Positions 8,287-18,199 of a stretch of 64,000 nt of DNA are shown one piece after another; the stretch's first letter is position 1; every line of letters starts with the position of its first letter. This DNA is from an uncultured delta proteobacterium. Lineage in GTDB: Bacteria > Myxococcota_A > Polyangia > Polyangiales > B10-G4. The notes under the pieces were generated by a model. The model was not told the DNA's origin. It made no database searches and saw only the letters and a list, made by a program, of their open reading frames with translations. The stretch lies in NCBI GenBank assembly GCA_963727445.1, contig CAVSGI010000010.1, forward strand, positions 96,001 to 160,000, written 5' to 3'. The translations under genes and the position numbers were made by a program.

Positions 8287-10773
8287 TCACACGTCGTGGG
8301 CGAGTCTGAAACCGTTGTACGCGAAGATACGCCACGGCGCGCGTCCGAGGCGCGTGGCCGAGCGACAGAAGCGGGGGTCGTAGTTCCAGCTGCCGCCGCG
8401 CACCGGTCGGAGCGTGGTGTCCCCGTCGAAAGAGAGGTCGCCGCACCAGTCCCGCATCGAGCCGCCCAGATCGCGCACACCGTAGATCGACACGTCGTTG
8501 GGGAACGCGCCGACCGGCTCGGGGCGGGGCGGCCCGCGGCGGCTGTCGCCCATCTTGCAGAGGGTCCGGTCGAAACCATCGCCCCAGGGATAGAAGCGTC
8601 CGTCCACGCCACGCGCGGCCTTCTCGAGCTCCTGCTCGAGCGGGAGACGATACTTCACGTCGTCGCGCTCCGACGCCCAGTTGCAGTAGGCGACGGCGTC
8701 GTGCCAGCTGATCCCGAAGACGGGCCAACGCGGATCCCACGGCGCCCCGTCCGGTCCGGTCTCGGGCAGCTCGTAGTGGCCCGTGCTCTTGGGGCGCTTG
8801 AAATACTGCCCTTCCGACACGCTCAAGCTCGACTCCGAGCGCGGGCACCGCTGCCAGGCCTCCGCCGGATCCAACTCGTGGAGGCCGTTCAGAAACTCGG
8901 TGTACTGCTCCATGGTCACCGGGAACACCGCGACGCAGAAGGCGTCCAGCCACACCTCGGTGGGGGGGGCCGAGCCGGGCGCCTCCGCGTCACCCCCGCA
9001 GAGGAACGGTCCGGCGGGTACGTAGACGAAGCCCTTCCCGATGGTCTCGTCGTCGAGCAATCGGATCGGTGTCCGCGTGAGGTCGCGATGCTCGGTGCGA
9101 TCGATCCGAACCGGGTAGCGCACGGGCTCGTGGCCCTCGGACTCGAGCGTGAGCAGATAGGATCCCATCTCGAGCGAGACGCGCGAGATCGGGGTCTCGC
9201 CCAGCTCCTCGCGATCGACGAGACGGTAGGTGAGCCCGCGCTTTTCGAAGCGCTCGCAGAACACTTTGGCGCCGGCCGGCTCGGTGGTGAGCGAGACCGA
9301 GCCGATGCCTTCGAGGAGCGCGGTGAAAGAGCCGTCGTCGAAGTTCGAGACGCGGTCGTGGTAATAGGCGATGGAGGCGGCATCACGCGCCTCTTCCGCT
9401 TCTCCCAGGCGCTCCCAGTAGGCACCGGCGAGCGCCGCCCGGGCGCCGCCGTGGCTGGGTGCGTAGGCCAGGGCCTTTTCACAGAGGGCGATGAACTCAC
9501 CGAAGGCGCGCGCGCGCGTGGGCTCGAGCCGCTCGAGCTCGTCGCGTACGTCGAGGAGCTCGCGTCGTTCGGACAGGGGTGACCAGGCGTCGGCCGAGTC
9601 GGCGAAGCGCTTCTCCTTCTCGCGCAGCTCGTCGCGCGACTGACCGAGCTCGAGGTAGTGGCTCCACACCTCACCGGCCCGCGCGAGAAGCTCCTCGGCT
9701 TTCTGCTGGCGCTCGGTGCCTTCGAGGAAGGCCTGAAGCGCCTCCGCCAGCTCCTTCGCGCTCTGGTAGCGATCGTCGCGCTCCGTCGCGAGGGCGCGAG
9801 TGCAGATGTCGGCGAGATCCTTGGGGATCGACAACCGCGGCGCCCGCCGCGGAGGAGGCGTCGGCATTCCCTCCATGGTGCGGAGGAGCAGCGACAGCGG
9901 ACGGTCGCCCTGATAGGCGGGCTCGTAGGTGAGCAGCTCGTAGAGGATGGCGCCCAGGCTCCACACGTCGCTGCGCGGATCGAGATCCGGACGGCCCGCC
10001 GCCTGCTCGGGGCTCATGTATCCCGGCGTCCCGACGAGCATGCCGCTTCCATCGTCGGGATCGGTGCCGCGCGCGTAAGTACGCGCCACCCCCCAGTCGA
10101 GGACCAGCGTCTCGCCGAACTCGCCGAGCATGACGTTCGACGGTTTGAGGTCGCGGTGGATGATTCCGCGGGAGTGCGCATAGCTCGCGGCTTCGCAGAC
10201 CTGGAGGAAGGCGCGCAGGAGTCGGGGCCGCGGCCACCGTGAACGGGTGGCCGGGTCGCCATCCGCCAGGTCGGCGAGGACGTCGGAGAGGGAGGAGCCC
10301 TCGACCTTGCGCATCACCAGGTAGACGTGCCCGGTGTCGGTGACACCCATCTCGTAGAGCGGAACGATGGACGGATGCTCGAGCTGCGCGGTGACGCGCG
10401 CCTCCTCCTTGAAGGAGACCCACTCGTTCGGGGCATCGACGTTCATCACCTTGAGCGCGACGTTTCGCTGGAGCTCCGGATCGTGGGCTTCGTAGACCGT
10501 GCCGACGCCTCCCGAGCCGAGGACGCGCAAGAGCTCGTAGCGGCCGGCGGAGCCACCGACGTCGAGCGCGGAGGTCCGGGCGCCGACGGCGCGATGGGTT
10601 CCACTCGTCCCCATCGACGCCATCGTGGGCATGTCCGAGGGGCCTTCGATTCCAGGGGCCTGGCCCGAGGCTTTCTCCACGCCGCTGGCGCGCTCCGTCG
10701 GCTGAGCGCGCACTTTGTGAACGTCTTCTTTCTTCACGGGGATCGACGGGAGACCGAATCCCCCATCTCCCAA
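8287..10773 (-). CDS. Ser/Thr kinase fused to a PEGA-like segment and an FGE-sulfatase (SUMF1-like) domain
   Basis: GSGGVG, VALK, HRDLKPSN, DWG, GTPGYMSPEQ; C-terminal RLPLEQELEKAARG, YPWG, RGGSW, GFRL; start may be downstream. Confidence 0.9.
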   Translation of the reverse strand: MGDGGFGLPSIPVKKEDVHKVRAQPTERASGVEKASGQAPGIEGPSDMPTMASMGTSGTHRAVGARTSALDVGGSAGRYELLRVLGSGGVGTVYEAHDPELQRNVALKVMNVDAPNEWVSFKEEARVTAQLEHPSIVPLYEMGVTDTGHVYLVMRKVEGSSLSDVLADLADGDPATRSRWPRPRLLRAFLQVCEAASYAHSRGIIHRDLKPSNVMLGEFGETLVLDWGVARTYARGTDPDDGSGMLVGTPGYMSPEQAAGRPDLDPRSDVWSLGAILYELLTYEPAYQGDRPLSLLLRTMEGMPTPPPRRAPRLSIPKDLADICTRALATERDDRYQSAKELAEALQAFLEGTERQQKAEELLARAGEVWSHYLELGQSRDELREKEKRFADSADAWSPLSERRELLDVRDELERLEPTRARAFGEFIALCEKALAYAPSHGGARAALAGAYWERLGEAEEARDAASIAYYHDRVSNFDDGSFTALLEGIGSVSLTTEPAGAKVFCERFEKRGLTYRLVDREELGETPISRVSLEMGSYLLTLESEGHEPVRYPVRIDRTEHRDLTRTPIRLLDDETIGKGFVYVPAGPFLCGGDAEAPGSAPPTEVWLDAFCVAVFPVTMEQYTEFLNGLHELDPAEAWQRCPRSESSLSVSEGQYFKRPKSTGHYELPETGPDGAPWDPRWPVFGISWHDAVAYCNWASERDDVKYRLPLEQELEKAARGVDGRFYPWGDGFDRTLCKMGDSRRGPPRPEPVGAFPNDVSIYGVRDLGGSMRDWCGDLSFDGDTTLRPVRGGSWNYDPRFCRSATRLGRAPWRIFAYNGFRLAHDV

Positions 10774-10819
10774 TCAGGCTATCACGCCGACGTCGGTGGG
10801 TGGACGCGGCGTCGCAGCG

Positions 10820-11413
10820 TCAGATCTCGCGGCGCCCGTCGAAAGCACGACCGAGGGTGACCTGATCGGTGAACTCGAGCTCGCCGCCGTGGGGAACCCC
10901 ACTGGCGATCCGTGACACCTTCACGCCGCTCGGGCGCAGCACCTGGCTGACGTAGAGGGCCGTCGCCTCGCCTTCGACGCTGAGCGGTGTGGCCACCACC
11001 ACCTCGCGCACCCCCTCCGCCGAGAGGCGCGAAAGAAGTGCGTCGAGTGGCAGTTGATCGGGGCCCACCCCGTCGAGGGGGGCGAGGAGCCCGTGAAGCA
11101 CGTGGTAGCGCCCGCGAAAGGTCCCGCTCTTCTCGATGGCGACGAGATCGGGGACGCGCGCCACGCAGCAAAGGACGCTTCCGTCGCGACGGGGATCCTG
11201 GCAGATCGCGCACTTCGTCTCGGCCCCGTAGTTGCCGCAAGTCTCGCATCGCACCACGCGCGCGTGGATGTGGGCGAGCGCCTCGCCGAGCGCCGCGGCA
11301 TAGGCGGGCTCGACGCCGAGCACGTGGAAGGTCAGGCGCATGGCCGTGCGCTCGCCGACGCCGGGTAGACGCGCGAAGAGCTCGGTCAGCTCCGCGATGG
11401 GATCGACGGGCAA
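10820..11413 (-). CDS. recR: Recombination protein RecR
   Basis: LPGVGERTA HhH, C4 zinc finger, Toprim EGEATA; dnaX-ybaB-recR synteny. Confidence 0.97.
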   Translation of the reverse strand: MPVDPIAELTELFARLPGVGERTAMRLTFHVLGVEPAYAAALGEALAHIHARVVRCETCGNYGAETKCAICQDPRRDGSVLCCVARVPDLVAIEKSGTFRGRYHVLHGLLAPLDGVGPDQLPLDALLSRLSAEGVREVVVATPLSVEGEATALYVSQVLRPSGVKVSRIASGVPHGGELEFTDQVTLGRAFDGRREI

Positions 11414-11416
11414 GGC

Positions 11417-11737
11417 TCAGATCAAACCGGGGATCTTCAGCCCGCCGCTGACCTTCTCGAGCTCGGCGTCGACCTCTTCCTTGCTCTTCGCCAGCGCCGC
11501 ATTGGCGGCGGCGACGACGAGGTCCTGCGCCATCTCGAGATCCTCGCCTTCGAGGAGCTTCGGGTCGATCTGGACCGAGACGAGCTCCTGACCTCCGTTG
11601 ACAGTGACGGTCACCTGGTCGTTGCCGGCCGAGGCGTCGAAGGTGAGCTCCTTGAGCTCTTCCTTGCGCTTTTCGATCTTGCGCTGCAGGCGGCTCGCCT
11701 GGCGCATCAACTCTCCCATTCCACCACGGAACTTCAT
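11417..11737 (-). CDS. ybaB: YbaB/EbfC nucleoid-associated protein
   Basis: 106 aa, VTVTVNG..IDPKLL..DLEMAQDLVVAAAN; located between dnaX and recR. Confidence 0.96.
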   Translation of the reverse strand: MKFRGGMGELMRQASRLQRKIEKRKEELKELTFDASAGNDQVTVTVNGGQELVSVQIDPKLLEGEDLEMAQDLVVAAANAALAKSKEEVDAELEKVSGGLKIPGLI

Positions 11738-11777
11738 GCGTTCTCCCTCTCCGCTTTGGAGCTCGGGCTAAGGTGAC

Positions 11778-13590
11778 TCAATCGAGGTCCACGCGCACCT
11801 TCACGTTTCCAGCGCCCTCCGGAAAGATTCTGGAGGGCCTCCTGGACCCGGGGGTGGGCGAGGGCCTCGCGCTTTCTCTCTTCGCGCAGGTCCGTGCGCT
11901 CTCGGGCGCTGGCCTCGGCGACGCTGAGGCCTTTCTTTTCGGCCTCTTCGGTGAAACGGATGACGATCTCGGGGGACGCGCCGATCACCTTCGCCGCGCC
12001 CTCGGCGATCCCCTCCCTGGACTCCTGGGTCTCGGCCTGCTTGCCGAAGAAGGAGCCGGAGGGGAAGCCGACGACGAGCCTGTCGCGGTCGATGGAGAGG
12101 GGGATACCGTGCTCGAGCACCGCCGCCAGGGCGGGACGGGCTTCGCGGATGTGACCGATGATGCGCTCCCACACGGGGAGGGGATTGCCCGCGGGGACGT
12201 CGCGGACGATGGATTCGGCGACCGAGGCGGACGCGGGCTCGGAGACGGGCGCCTCCGGCGGCTGTGACTTCGTCACGAACTCCGACACCGCGGCGGCGAC
12301 CGAGTCGGGCGCACTGGCGGACGAGGGCGCGGCCTCGGCGCGCGGCGCCGCCTGACGTCGTTCCGGCGGCGGCGCCTGGCCCTGCCCGCGCGAAGGCTCG
12401 CGGCGTCGCCCACGGCCGCCGCCGCCTCCACCGCCACCGCCGCTGAAGCTCTTCTCGAGCGCTTCGAGGCGGGCGAGCAGGACACCCACCTGCTTGAGCG
12501 GCGGTCGGGTCGCGATCCGCAAGAGGCCCATCTCGAGCACGGTGCGCGGCGCGCTCGAGCGACCCACGTCCTCGACGAGCTGGGCGAGGGCGGCGAAGGC
12601 GCGCTGGAGCTCGAGGACGTCCGTCTCGCGCGCGATCGCGAGGGCGGCCTCTCGCTCTTCGTCGACCAGATCCGAAAGGGAGCCTGCGTCGCCATCGGTC
12701 ACCTTGAGGACCGTGAGCTCGCGAAGGTATTCGAGGAGCTGGCGCGAGAAATGGAGCATGTCGACGCCCTGACTGGCGATGGCGTCGACGCTCCGAAGCA
12801 CGCCGGCGCCGTCGCCACAGAGGGTGGCCTTGGTGGCCTCGATGGTCGCTTCCCGTCCCGCGATCCCGAGGGTCTTGGCGACCTCGTCACCGCGCAGGCT
12901 CTCCCCACCGAACGCGACGATCTGGTCGAGGAGGGTCAGGGCGTCGCGCATCGAGCCCGCCGCCTCGCGCGCCACGATCGTGACCGCGGCTTCGTCGGCC
13001 TCGATCCCCTCGGCGCCCAGGATCTCGCGCACGCGGTCGCTGATAACCCGCTGGGGGATGAGCCGGAAGTCGTAGCGCTGGCAGCGGGAGCGGATGGTGA
13101 TCGGGACCTTGTGACTCTCGGTGGTCGCGAAGATGAACTTCACGTGCGGCGGTGGCTCTTCGAGGGTCTTGAGGAAGGCGTTGAAGGCCCCGGAGGAGAG
13201 CATGTGGACCTCGTCCACGATCACGACCTTGAAGCGATCACGCGCCGGCCTGTAGGGGATCGACTCCTGGAGGCGCCGGACGTCCTCGACGCTGTTGTTC
13301 GAGGCGCCGTCCATCTCCTGCACGTCCATGTCGACGCCGGCGGTGATCTCCCTGCAGGGGTCGCACTCGTTGCACGGCGTGGCGGTAGGCCCCTTGTCGC
13401 AGTTCAGCGCCTTGGCGAGCAGGCGCGCCGTGGTCGTCTTGCCCACGCCCCGAACGCCGGTGAAGAGAAAGGCATGGGCGACCCGATCCGCCTCGATGGC
13501 GTTCGCGAGGGTGCGCGCCACGTGCTCCTGACCCACGAGATCTTCGAAGGTCTGAGGCCGGTACTTTCGCGCGAGGACGGTGTAGCTCAT
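11778..13590 (-). CDS. dnaX: DNA polymerase III subunit gamma/tau; probable one-base frameshift near 11830
   Basis: MSYTVLARKYRPQTF, GVRGVGKTT, DEVHML, SRCQ. Deleting one A gives the ending IFPEGAGNVKVRVDLD* and removes the overlap with ybaB. Confidence 0.96.
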
Positions 13591-13663
13591 GGGGGCGGGG
13601 AGCGTACCAAGAGGGTCGGGGGGTTGAAAGGGTGGCCGGGGCTTCGGGCACCGGCACGATCGC

Positions 13664-13700
13664 AAAAAAAGAACGCCGGCAACCTGCGGTCACCGGCGTC
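13664..13700 (-). terminator. Intrinsic terminator after the vWA lipoprotein gene
   Basis: Minus strand GACGCCGGTGACC-GCA-GGTTGCCGGCGTT followed by C and T7. Confidence 0.85.
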
Positions 13701-13723
13701 CTCCCCCCTGTGGGTTCCCCCTT

Positions 13724-15349
13724 TTAGTATCCGAGCATCGTTCTCGCTCGGCCGAAGAGGTCGCGGAAGCGAAGGCGGGCTTCGTCGGTGCCCGCGGTCT
13801 CCGCGGTGAGTGTGTCGATGGTGGCGAGGTCCTCGTTCCGTGCGTAGGGGCTCTCCTTCAGGATCTCGGAGAAGGCGGCGATCGCGGCCGCCCATCGGTG
13901 GTCGTCGTCCGCCGCCGAGAGCTGGCCGACGTCCGCAGGCGCCAACGCCGCGCGTGTCTCGTGCGCGGGATCGGTCGCGCTCGCGCCCAAGTCCTTCCAG
14001 CGGACGCGCACCTGGACGAGCTCACTCGTGCCGATCTCGGCCGTCCCCGTCACGCGATCCCCGTCCAGAGGCGCGGGCGCGCCGCCGATGCTCGGGATGT
14101 CCTGGCCCTTGAGCACGAGCTCGTAGAGCGCGGTCACCCGATGACCGGCGCCGACCTCGCCGGCGTCGACCGAGTCGACCCGGAAGTCGCTGTCCGCGAT
14201 GGCTCGGTTTTCGTAGCCGAGGAGCCGGTAGGCGATGACGAAGTCCGGGTTGAACTCGACCTGGATCTTCATGTCCTGGGCGACGAGGTGAATGCCGGCC
14301 AGGAGATCGTGCCGGCCGTAGTCACGCGCGTGGCTCTCGCTGGTGATGACCGAGTACGTCCCGTTTCCGGCGTTGCTCACGCGCTCCATCATGGCGTCGT
14401 TCAAGTCGCCGGAGCCGAAGCCGAGCGCGGTCAGGGTCACACCGGAAGCCCGCTTCTCTTCGATCAATCCCACCAGGGCGTCCGTGTCCGTGATGCCGAT
14501 GTTGAAGTCGCCGTCGGTCATCATCACGACGTGGTTGAAGCCGCCCTCGATGAAGCCGGCTTCGGCCTGGTCGTAGGCGAGGTTGATCGCGTCGCCGCCG
14601 GCGGTGGAGCCGTAGGCGCGGAGCGCGTTGATGGCCGTGGAGATCGTCGCGTACTCGTCGGCAGGCGTCGGGGGCAGGGCCACACCGACGGTTCCCGAGT
14701 AGGTCACGATGGAGACGGTGTCGAGCGGGGTGAGCACCTCGAGGGAGGCCAGCATCAGGGTCTTCGCCAGCGGCAGCTTGTCGTAGGTCGCCATGCTCCC
14801 CGACACGTCGACCAGGAAGACGATGTTCGACTGAAGCTGGACGAAATCGGGCGGGGACGCTGCCTGGATGCCGACCCGGAGCTGCGCGATGTCGCGGCCC
14901 ATCGCGTGCTCCGAGGCCGAGAGCTGGATCGCGAAGGGAATCTCCGCGTCGATGTCGGGCGCGTCGTAGGCGTAGTCGAAGTAGTTCACGTACTCCTCGA
15001 GGCGCACGCTCGCGGGATCGGGCAACACGCCGTCCTCGATGTCGCGGACGAAGATGTCGTAGCTCGCCGTGTCGACGTCGGCGGCGAAGGTCGAGAAGGG
15101 ATCGTGATCGACCATCACGAATGGATTCGTTCCGACAGGCTCGAAGCGATCGCTGGAGCTGGCGTCCGGTGTCATGCCGGAAGGCCCGGTGTCAGCGGGA
15201 TAGGAGGGCGCCGCCGATCCCGTGTCGGCGTAGCTGCCGACCCCCGCGTCGCCGGTCGAGCCCCGGTAATAGTCCGGGGCTCCCACTCCATCGTCCCCGC
15301 ATCCCACCCATGCGAGCGCCGCAACCAGCGGCATGACGCGCTTGATCAT
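13724..15349 (-). CDS. vWA-domain lipoprotein, YfbK-like (Ca-activated chloride channel homolog family)
   Basis: Lipobox WVGC; STFAADVDTASY, MIDAS DVSGS, TDGD, YRLLGYENR, DAGEVGAGH. Confidence 0.92.
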   Translation of the reverse strand: MIKRVMPLVAALAWVGCGDDGVGAPDYYRGSTGDAGVGSYADTGSAAPSYPADTGPSGMTPDASSSDRFEPVGTNPFVMVDHDPFSTFAADVDTASYDIFVRDIEDGVLPDPASVRLEEYVNYFDYAYDAPDIDAEIPFAIQLSASEHAMGRDIAQLRVGIQAASPPDFVQLQSNIVFLVDVSGSMATYDKLPLAKTLMLASLEVLTPLDTVSIVTYSGTVGVALPPTPADEYATISTAINALRAYGSTAGGDAINLAYDQAEAGFIEGGFNHVVMMTDGDFNIGITDTDALVGLIEEKRASGVTLTALGFGSGDLNDAMMERVSNAGNGTYSVITSESHARDYGRHDLLAGIHLVAQDMKIQVEFNPDFVIAYRLLGYENRAIADSDFRVDSVDAGEVGAGHRVTALYELVLKGQDIPSIGGAPAPLDGDRVTGTAEIGTSELVQVRVRWKDLGASATDPAHETRAALAPADVGQLSAADDDHRWAAAIAAFSEILKESPYARNEDLATIDTLTAETAGTDEARLRFRDLFGRARTMLGY

Positions 15350-15380
15350 CGAGCCTTCCTCCAATCCAGAGGGAGAGCCC

Positions 15381-15396
15381 TTCAACCATCATGCCA
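15381..15396 (-). promoter_or_regulatory. Possible sigma-54-like promoter for the vWA lipoprotein gene
   Basis: Minus strand TGGCAT-GATGG-TTGAA about 30 bp upstream of the ATG; the -12 box has GA instead of GC. Confidence 0.3.
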
Positions 15397-15545
15397 CCGC
15401 GGAAACGCCGCGATTCTCTTTGGGGGGTCGTGCATGCGGACGGGCACGTGAACCACTCTGACTCGCAATGGCACAGCGGATAGAAATCCGAATCCGCGCG
15501 CGCACTCACACGCACACGTTCGAGGGTTGTGCGCTCGAGACGTGT

Positions 15546-16400
15546 CTACGCGTGAACGTCGCGCGTCGACTTGATCTCGATCGGCGCGAGCTCGAGGGTC
15601 TCGTAGGGAAGATGCACCCCCTCTTCGCGGAGCCGATTGAAGATGGCTTCGCGCAACGAGAGTCGCTCGGCGATGTGGGTCGTCTCGTCGTCGATCCACG
15701 CCTGGAGCTCGAAGGTCACGTTGTAGTCGCCGAGGGCGGTGACCACTGCGCGCGGCGCGGGCTCGCTCAAGTACCCCGCGCGGCCCTCGGCCACCCCGAC
15801 GAGGAGATCGCGAACCCGCGGTAGGTCCTCGCCGACGCCCACGGTGATGGGGACATCGAGGCGCAGGTGGGGAAAGTTCGTGTAGGAGGCGACGGTGCTG
15901 TTGACGACCTCGGTGTTGGGGATGGCCAGCATCTTGCCGTCGGGGGTCACCACGCGTGTCGAGCGCATGGTGATCTTGTCCACCCGCCCGTACTTGTCCC
16001 CGATCTCGATCAGATCACCCACGGTGAAGGGACGGTCCCAGAGGATGAAGAGGCCGCTGATGATGTTGGACAGCGCGTCCCGGGCTGCGAAGCCGACGGT
16101 CAAGCCGACGATACCCAGGCTCCCCAAGAGCGACGTGGTGTCGACGCCGAGCTGGGCCAGGATGGCGATCAAGCTGACGGCCACCAGCGTGTAGCGGACG
16201 ACGGCGCTGATGAACGACGCCGCGGTGCGGTCGACGCGATCGCGCTTCACGGCGGCGTTGAGGGCCCGTCCGATCGCCAGCCACAGCAGGAAGACGACCA
16301 GGAGAATTCCGCCGACGCGAAGGAGCGCCGAAAGGAGATCGGGCACGTGCAGCGTCACCGCGCCGTCTCCCACGTCATAGAGCCCCTGTAGCCAGTCCAT
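15546..16400 (-). CDS. mscS: Small-conductance mechanosensitive channel (MscS family)
   Basis: GLTVGFAARDALSNIISG, PFTVGDLIEIG, IPN motifs; 3 TM. Confidence 0.92.
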   Translation of the reverse strand: MDWLQGLYDVGDGAVTLHVPDLLSALLRVGGILLVVFLLWLAIGRALNAAVKRDRVDRTAASFISAVVRYTLVAVSLIAILAQLGVDTTSLLGSLGIVGLTVGFAARDALSNIISGLFILWDRPFTVGDLIEIGDKYGRVDKITMRSTRVVTPDGKMLAIPNTEVVNSTVASYTNFPHLRLDVPITVGVGEDLPRVRDLLVGVAEGRAGYLSEPAPRAVVTALGDYNVTFELQAWIDDETTHIAERLSLREAIFNRLREEGVHLPYETLELAPIEIKSTRDVHA

Positions 16401-16444
16401 CTGAACCTCCGACGCAGTGATATACCCCCCGGGCGCTTCGTTGC

Positions 16445-18184
16445 TCAGCCGATCTGGCCGGCGTCCACGACCTCGCTCTGCCAGGGCGTTCTCTTCAACA
16501 GGCGTCGCGCGCGGGTGCGCAGCTCGCGGGGGAGCCGCCCGCGAAGGGCGGCAGCCAACGCTTCGGCGAGCTCGGTGGCGCTCTCGAAGCGGTCCTCTGG
16601 GTCCTTCGCCAGCCCGAGCGCGAGCGCCAGGTCGAGGTGGCGGTGGGCGTCGGGCGCGAGCTCGGTGGGGCGTATCGGCATCTTCGTCACCAGATCGACG
16701 ACGACCGCGGAGAAGTCGCCGCCGACGAAGGGCTGCCGTCCGGTGAGCGCCCGGTAGGCCACCGCGGCGAGGCCGTAGACGTCGGTGCGCCCATCGACCT
16801 GCCCATCGACCTGCTCGGGCGCCATGTACTGCGGCGTCCCCACCACCTCGCCTCCGGTCAACGTGGCGCCGTCCACCAGCTTGGAGATGCCGAAGTCGAG
16901 GATCTTCCAGACCCCACCCTCGGTGAGGAAGAGGTTCTGGGGCTTGAGATCGCGATGGACGATACCCGCTCGTTGGGCCGCCTCGATGCCCTCGGCGACC
17001 TGCCGCACGAGGTCGACGATCGCATCGTCGTCGAGGCGGCGCTCGCGACGGAGGATCTGACCGAGGTTCTCTCCGTGAAGCCGCTCCATCGCCAGGTAGG
17101 GAAGGGGCGCGCTCTCGTCGCCGACCTCGAGGACCTCCACCACGTGAGGCGAGTCGAGGGACGCCGCGATCTGCACCTCCCGGAGAAATCGCTGGACGAA
17201 GTCGGGACGGCTCAAGACCTCGGGGAGCAGCATCTTCACCGCCGCCGGCGCTCCGGTCTCGACGTCCTTCGCCTCGTAGACCTCACCCATGCCACCGCGC
17301 CCGATCACCGATCCGAGCTCGAAGGAGCCGAGCACCTGCTCGGAGAAGCGTCCGAGGCCGCCGGCCTTGAGCGCCTGCTCGAGATCCTGCCGCGCCTCGA
17401 GAAATAGCGCCTCGCGTCGCGCGGCGAGGCGCACGACCTCGTCGAGCTCCTCGAGCGACTTCTCGGTGACCTGTCGCGTCTTCAGCGTTTGCGTGTAGAT
17501 CGCCACCATCAGCAGCACGAAGACTCCGACCAACATGAAGCGTCCGGTGCCGCCCATGTCGACGGTGGTGATCAGGCCGGGGTCGTCCATCGACCCGAGC
17601 GCGAACGCGCTCCCCAGGAGCACCGCAGGGGCGCATCCGGCGACGAGCGTCGCCAGCGCGATCCGGCGGCTGTAGTAGAGGCAGGCGTTGTACTGATCGA
17701 TGATGAAGATGATCAGAACCGGCCCGAAGACGCCCAGGAAATAGGCGACGCCGGTGTTGGTCAGGGCGCTCACGCCGATGAAGACCAGGAGGTGGGTCTC
17801 GCGGTACCGGGCCTCCGTGGACACGTAGAATCGATAGCCGTTGTTCAGGAACGAGACCGCTGCCGAGAGGACGAAGATCGTCTTCGCCAGCGGCGTGCCG
17901 TCGAGGACCAGCCACGCGAGAACGGCCACCGCGTTGAACACCATCCCGGTGACGCTCACGTTCCGCGTCTGCTCGATCTCGAGTCGCCTGAGAACCATCT
18001 CGGGGTTCTCGGCCTTGCTCACGTCCGTGCCGGCGGTTCTGCTGGTGGCCGAGGTCCCCGACGTCGTGCCGGTGCGCGAGGTCGTCGCCGTGTTCGCGGC
18101 GCCCGTCTCCACCACCGTGGGCGCTTCGCTCGAGCGCTTCGGTCTCGAATCCGCCTCGGTCGGTGCGTCCGGGTCGCTCACCAC
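16445..18184 (-). CDS. Ser/Thr kinase with N-terminal 6-TM domain
   Basis: GRGGMG, AVK, HRDLKPQN, DFG, GTPQYMAPEQ; six hydrophobic segments before the kinase domain. Confidence 0.92.
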   Translation of the reverse strand: MVSDPDAPTEADSRPKRSSEAPTVVETGAANTATTSRTGTTSGTSATSRTAGTDVSKAENPEMVLRRLEIEQTRNVSVTGMVFNAVAVLAWLVLDGTPLAKTIFVLSAAVSFLNNGYRFYVSTEARYRETHLLVFIGVSALTNTGVAYFLGVFGPVLIIFIIDQYNACLYYSRRIALATLVAGCAPAVLLGSAFALGSMDDPGLITTVDMGGTGRFMLVGVFVLLMVAIYTQTLKTRQVTEKSLEELDEVVRLAARREALFLEARQDLEQALKAGGLGRFSEQVLGSFELGSVIGRGGMGEVYEAKDVETGAPAAVKMLLPEVLSRPDFVQRFLREVQIAASLDSPHVVEVLEVGDESAPLPYLAMERLHGENLGQILRRERRLDDDAIVDLVRQVAEGIEAAQRAGIVHRDLKPQNLFLTEGGVWKILDFGISKLVDGATLTGGEVVGTPQYMAPEQVDGQVDGRTDVYGLAAVAYRALTGRQPFVGGDFSAVVVDLVTKMPIRPTELAPDAHRHLDLALALGLAKDPEDRFESATELAEALAAALRGRLPRELRTRARRLLKRTPWQSEVVDAGQIG

Positions 18185-18199
18185 GTCAGGATACGAGTC

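Noticed and set aside
11778..11840. Programmed dnaX frameshift (gamma/tau)
   Set aside because: The shift is about 17 codons from the end, with no A-AAA-AAG or poly-A slippery site; it matches the window-wide single-base error pattern
13591..13723. SRP RNA (ffs), often found upstream of dnaX
   Set aside because: The conserved SRP domain IV motif is not seen; the hairpin present is explained as a terminator
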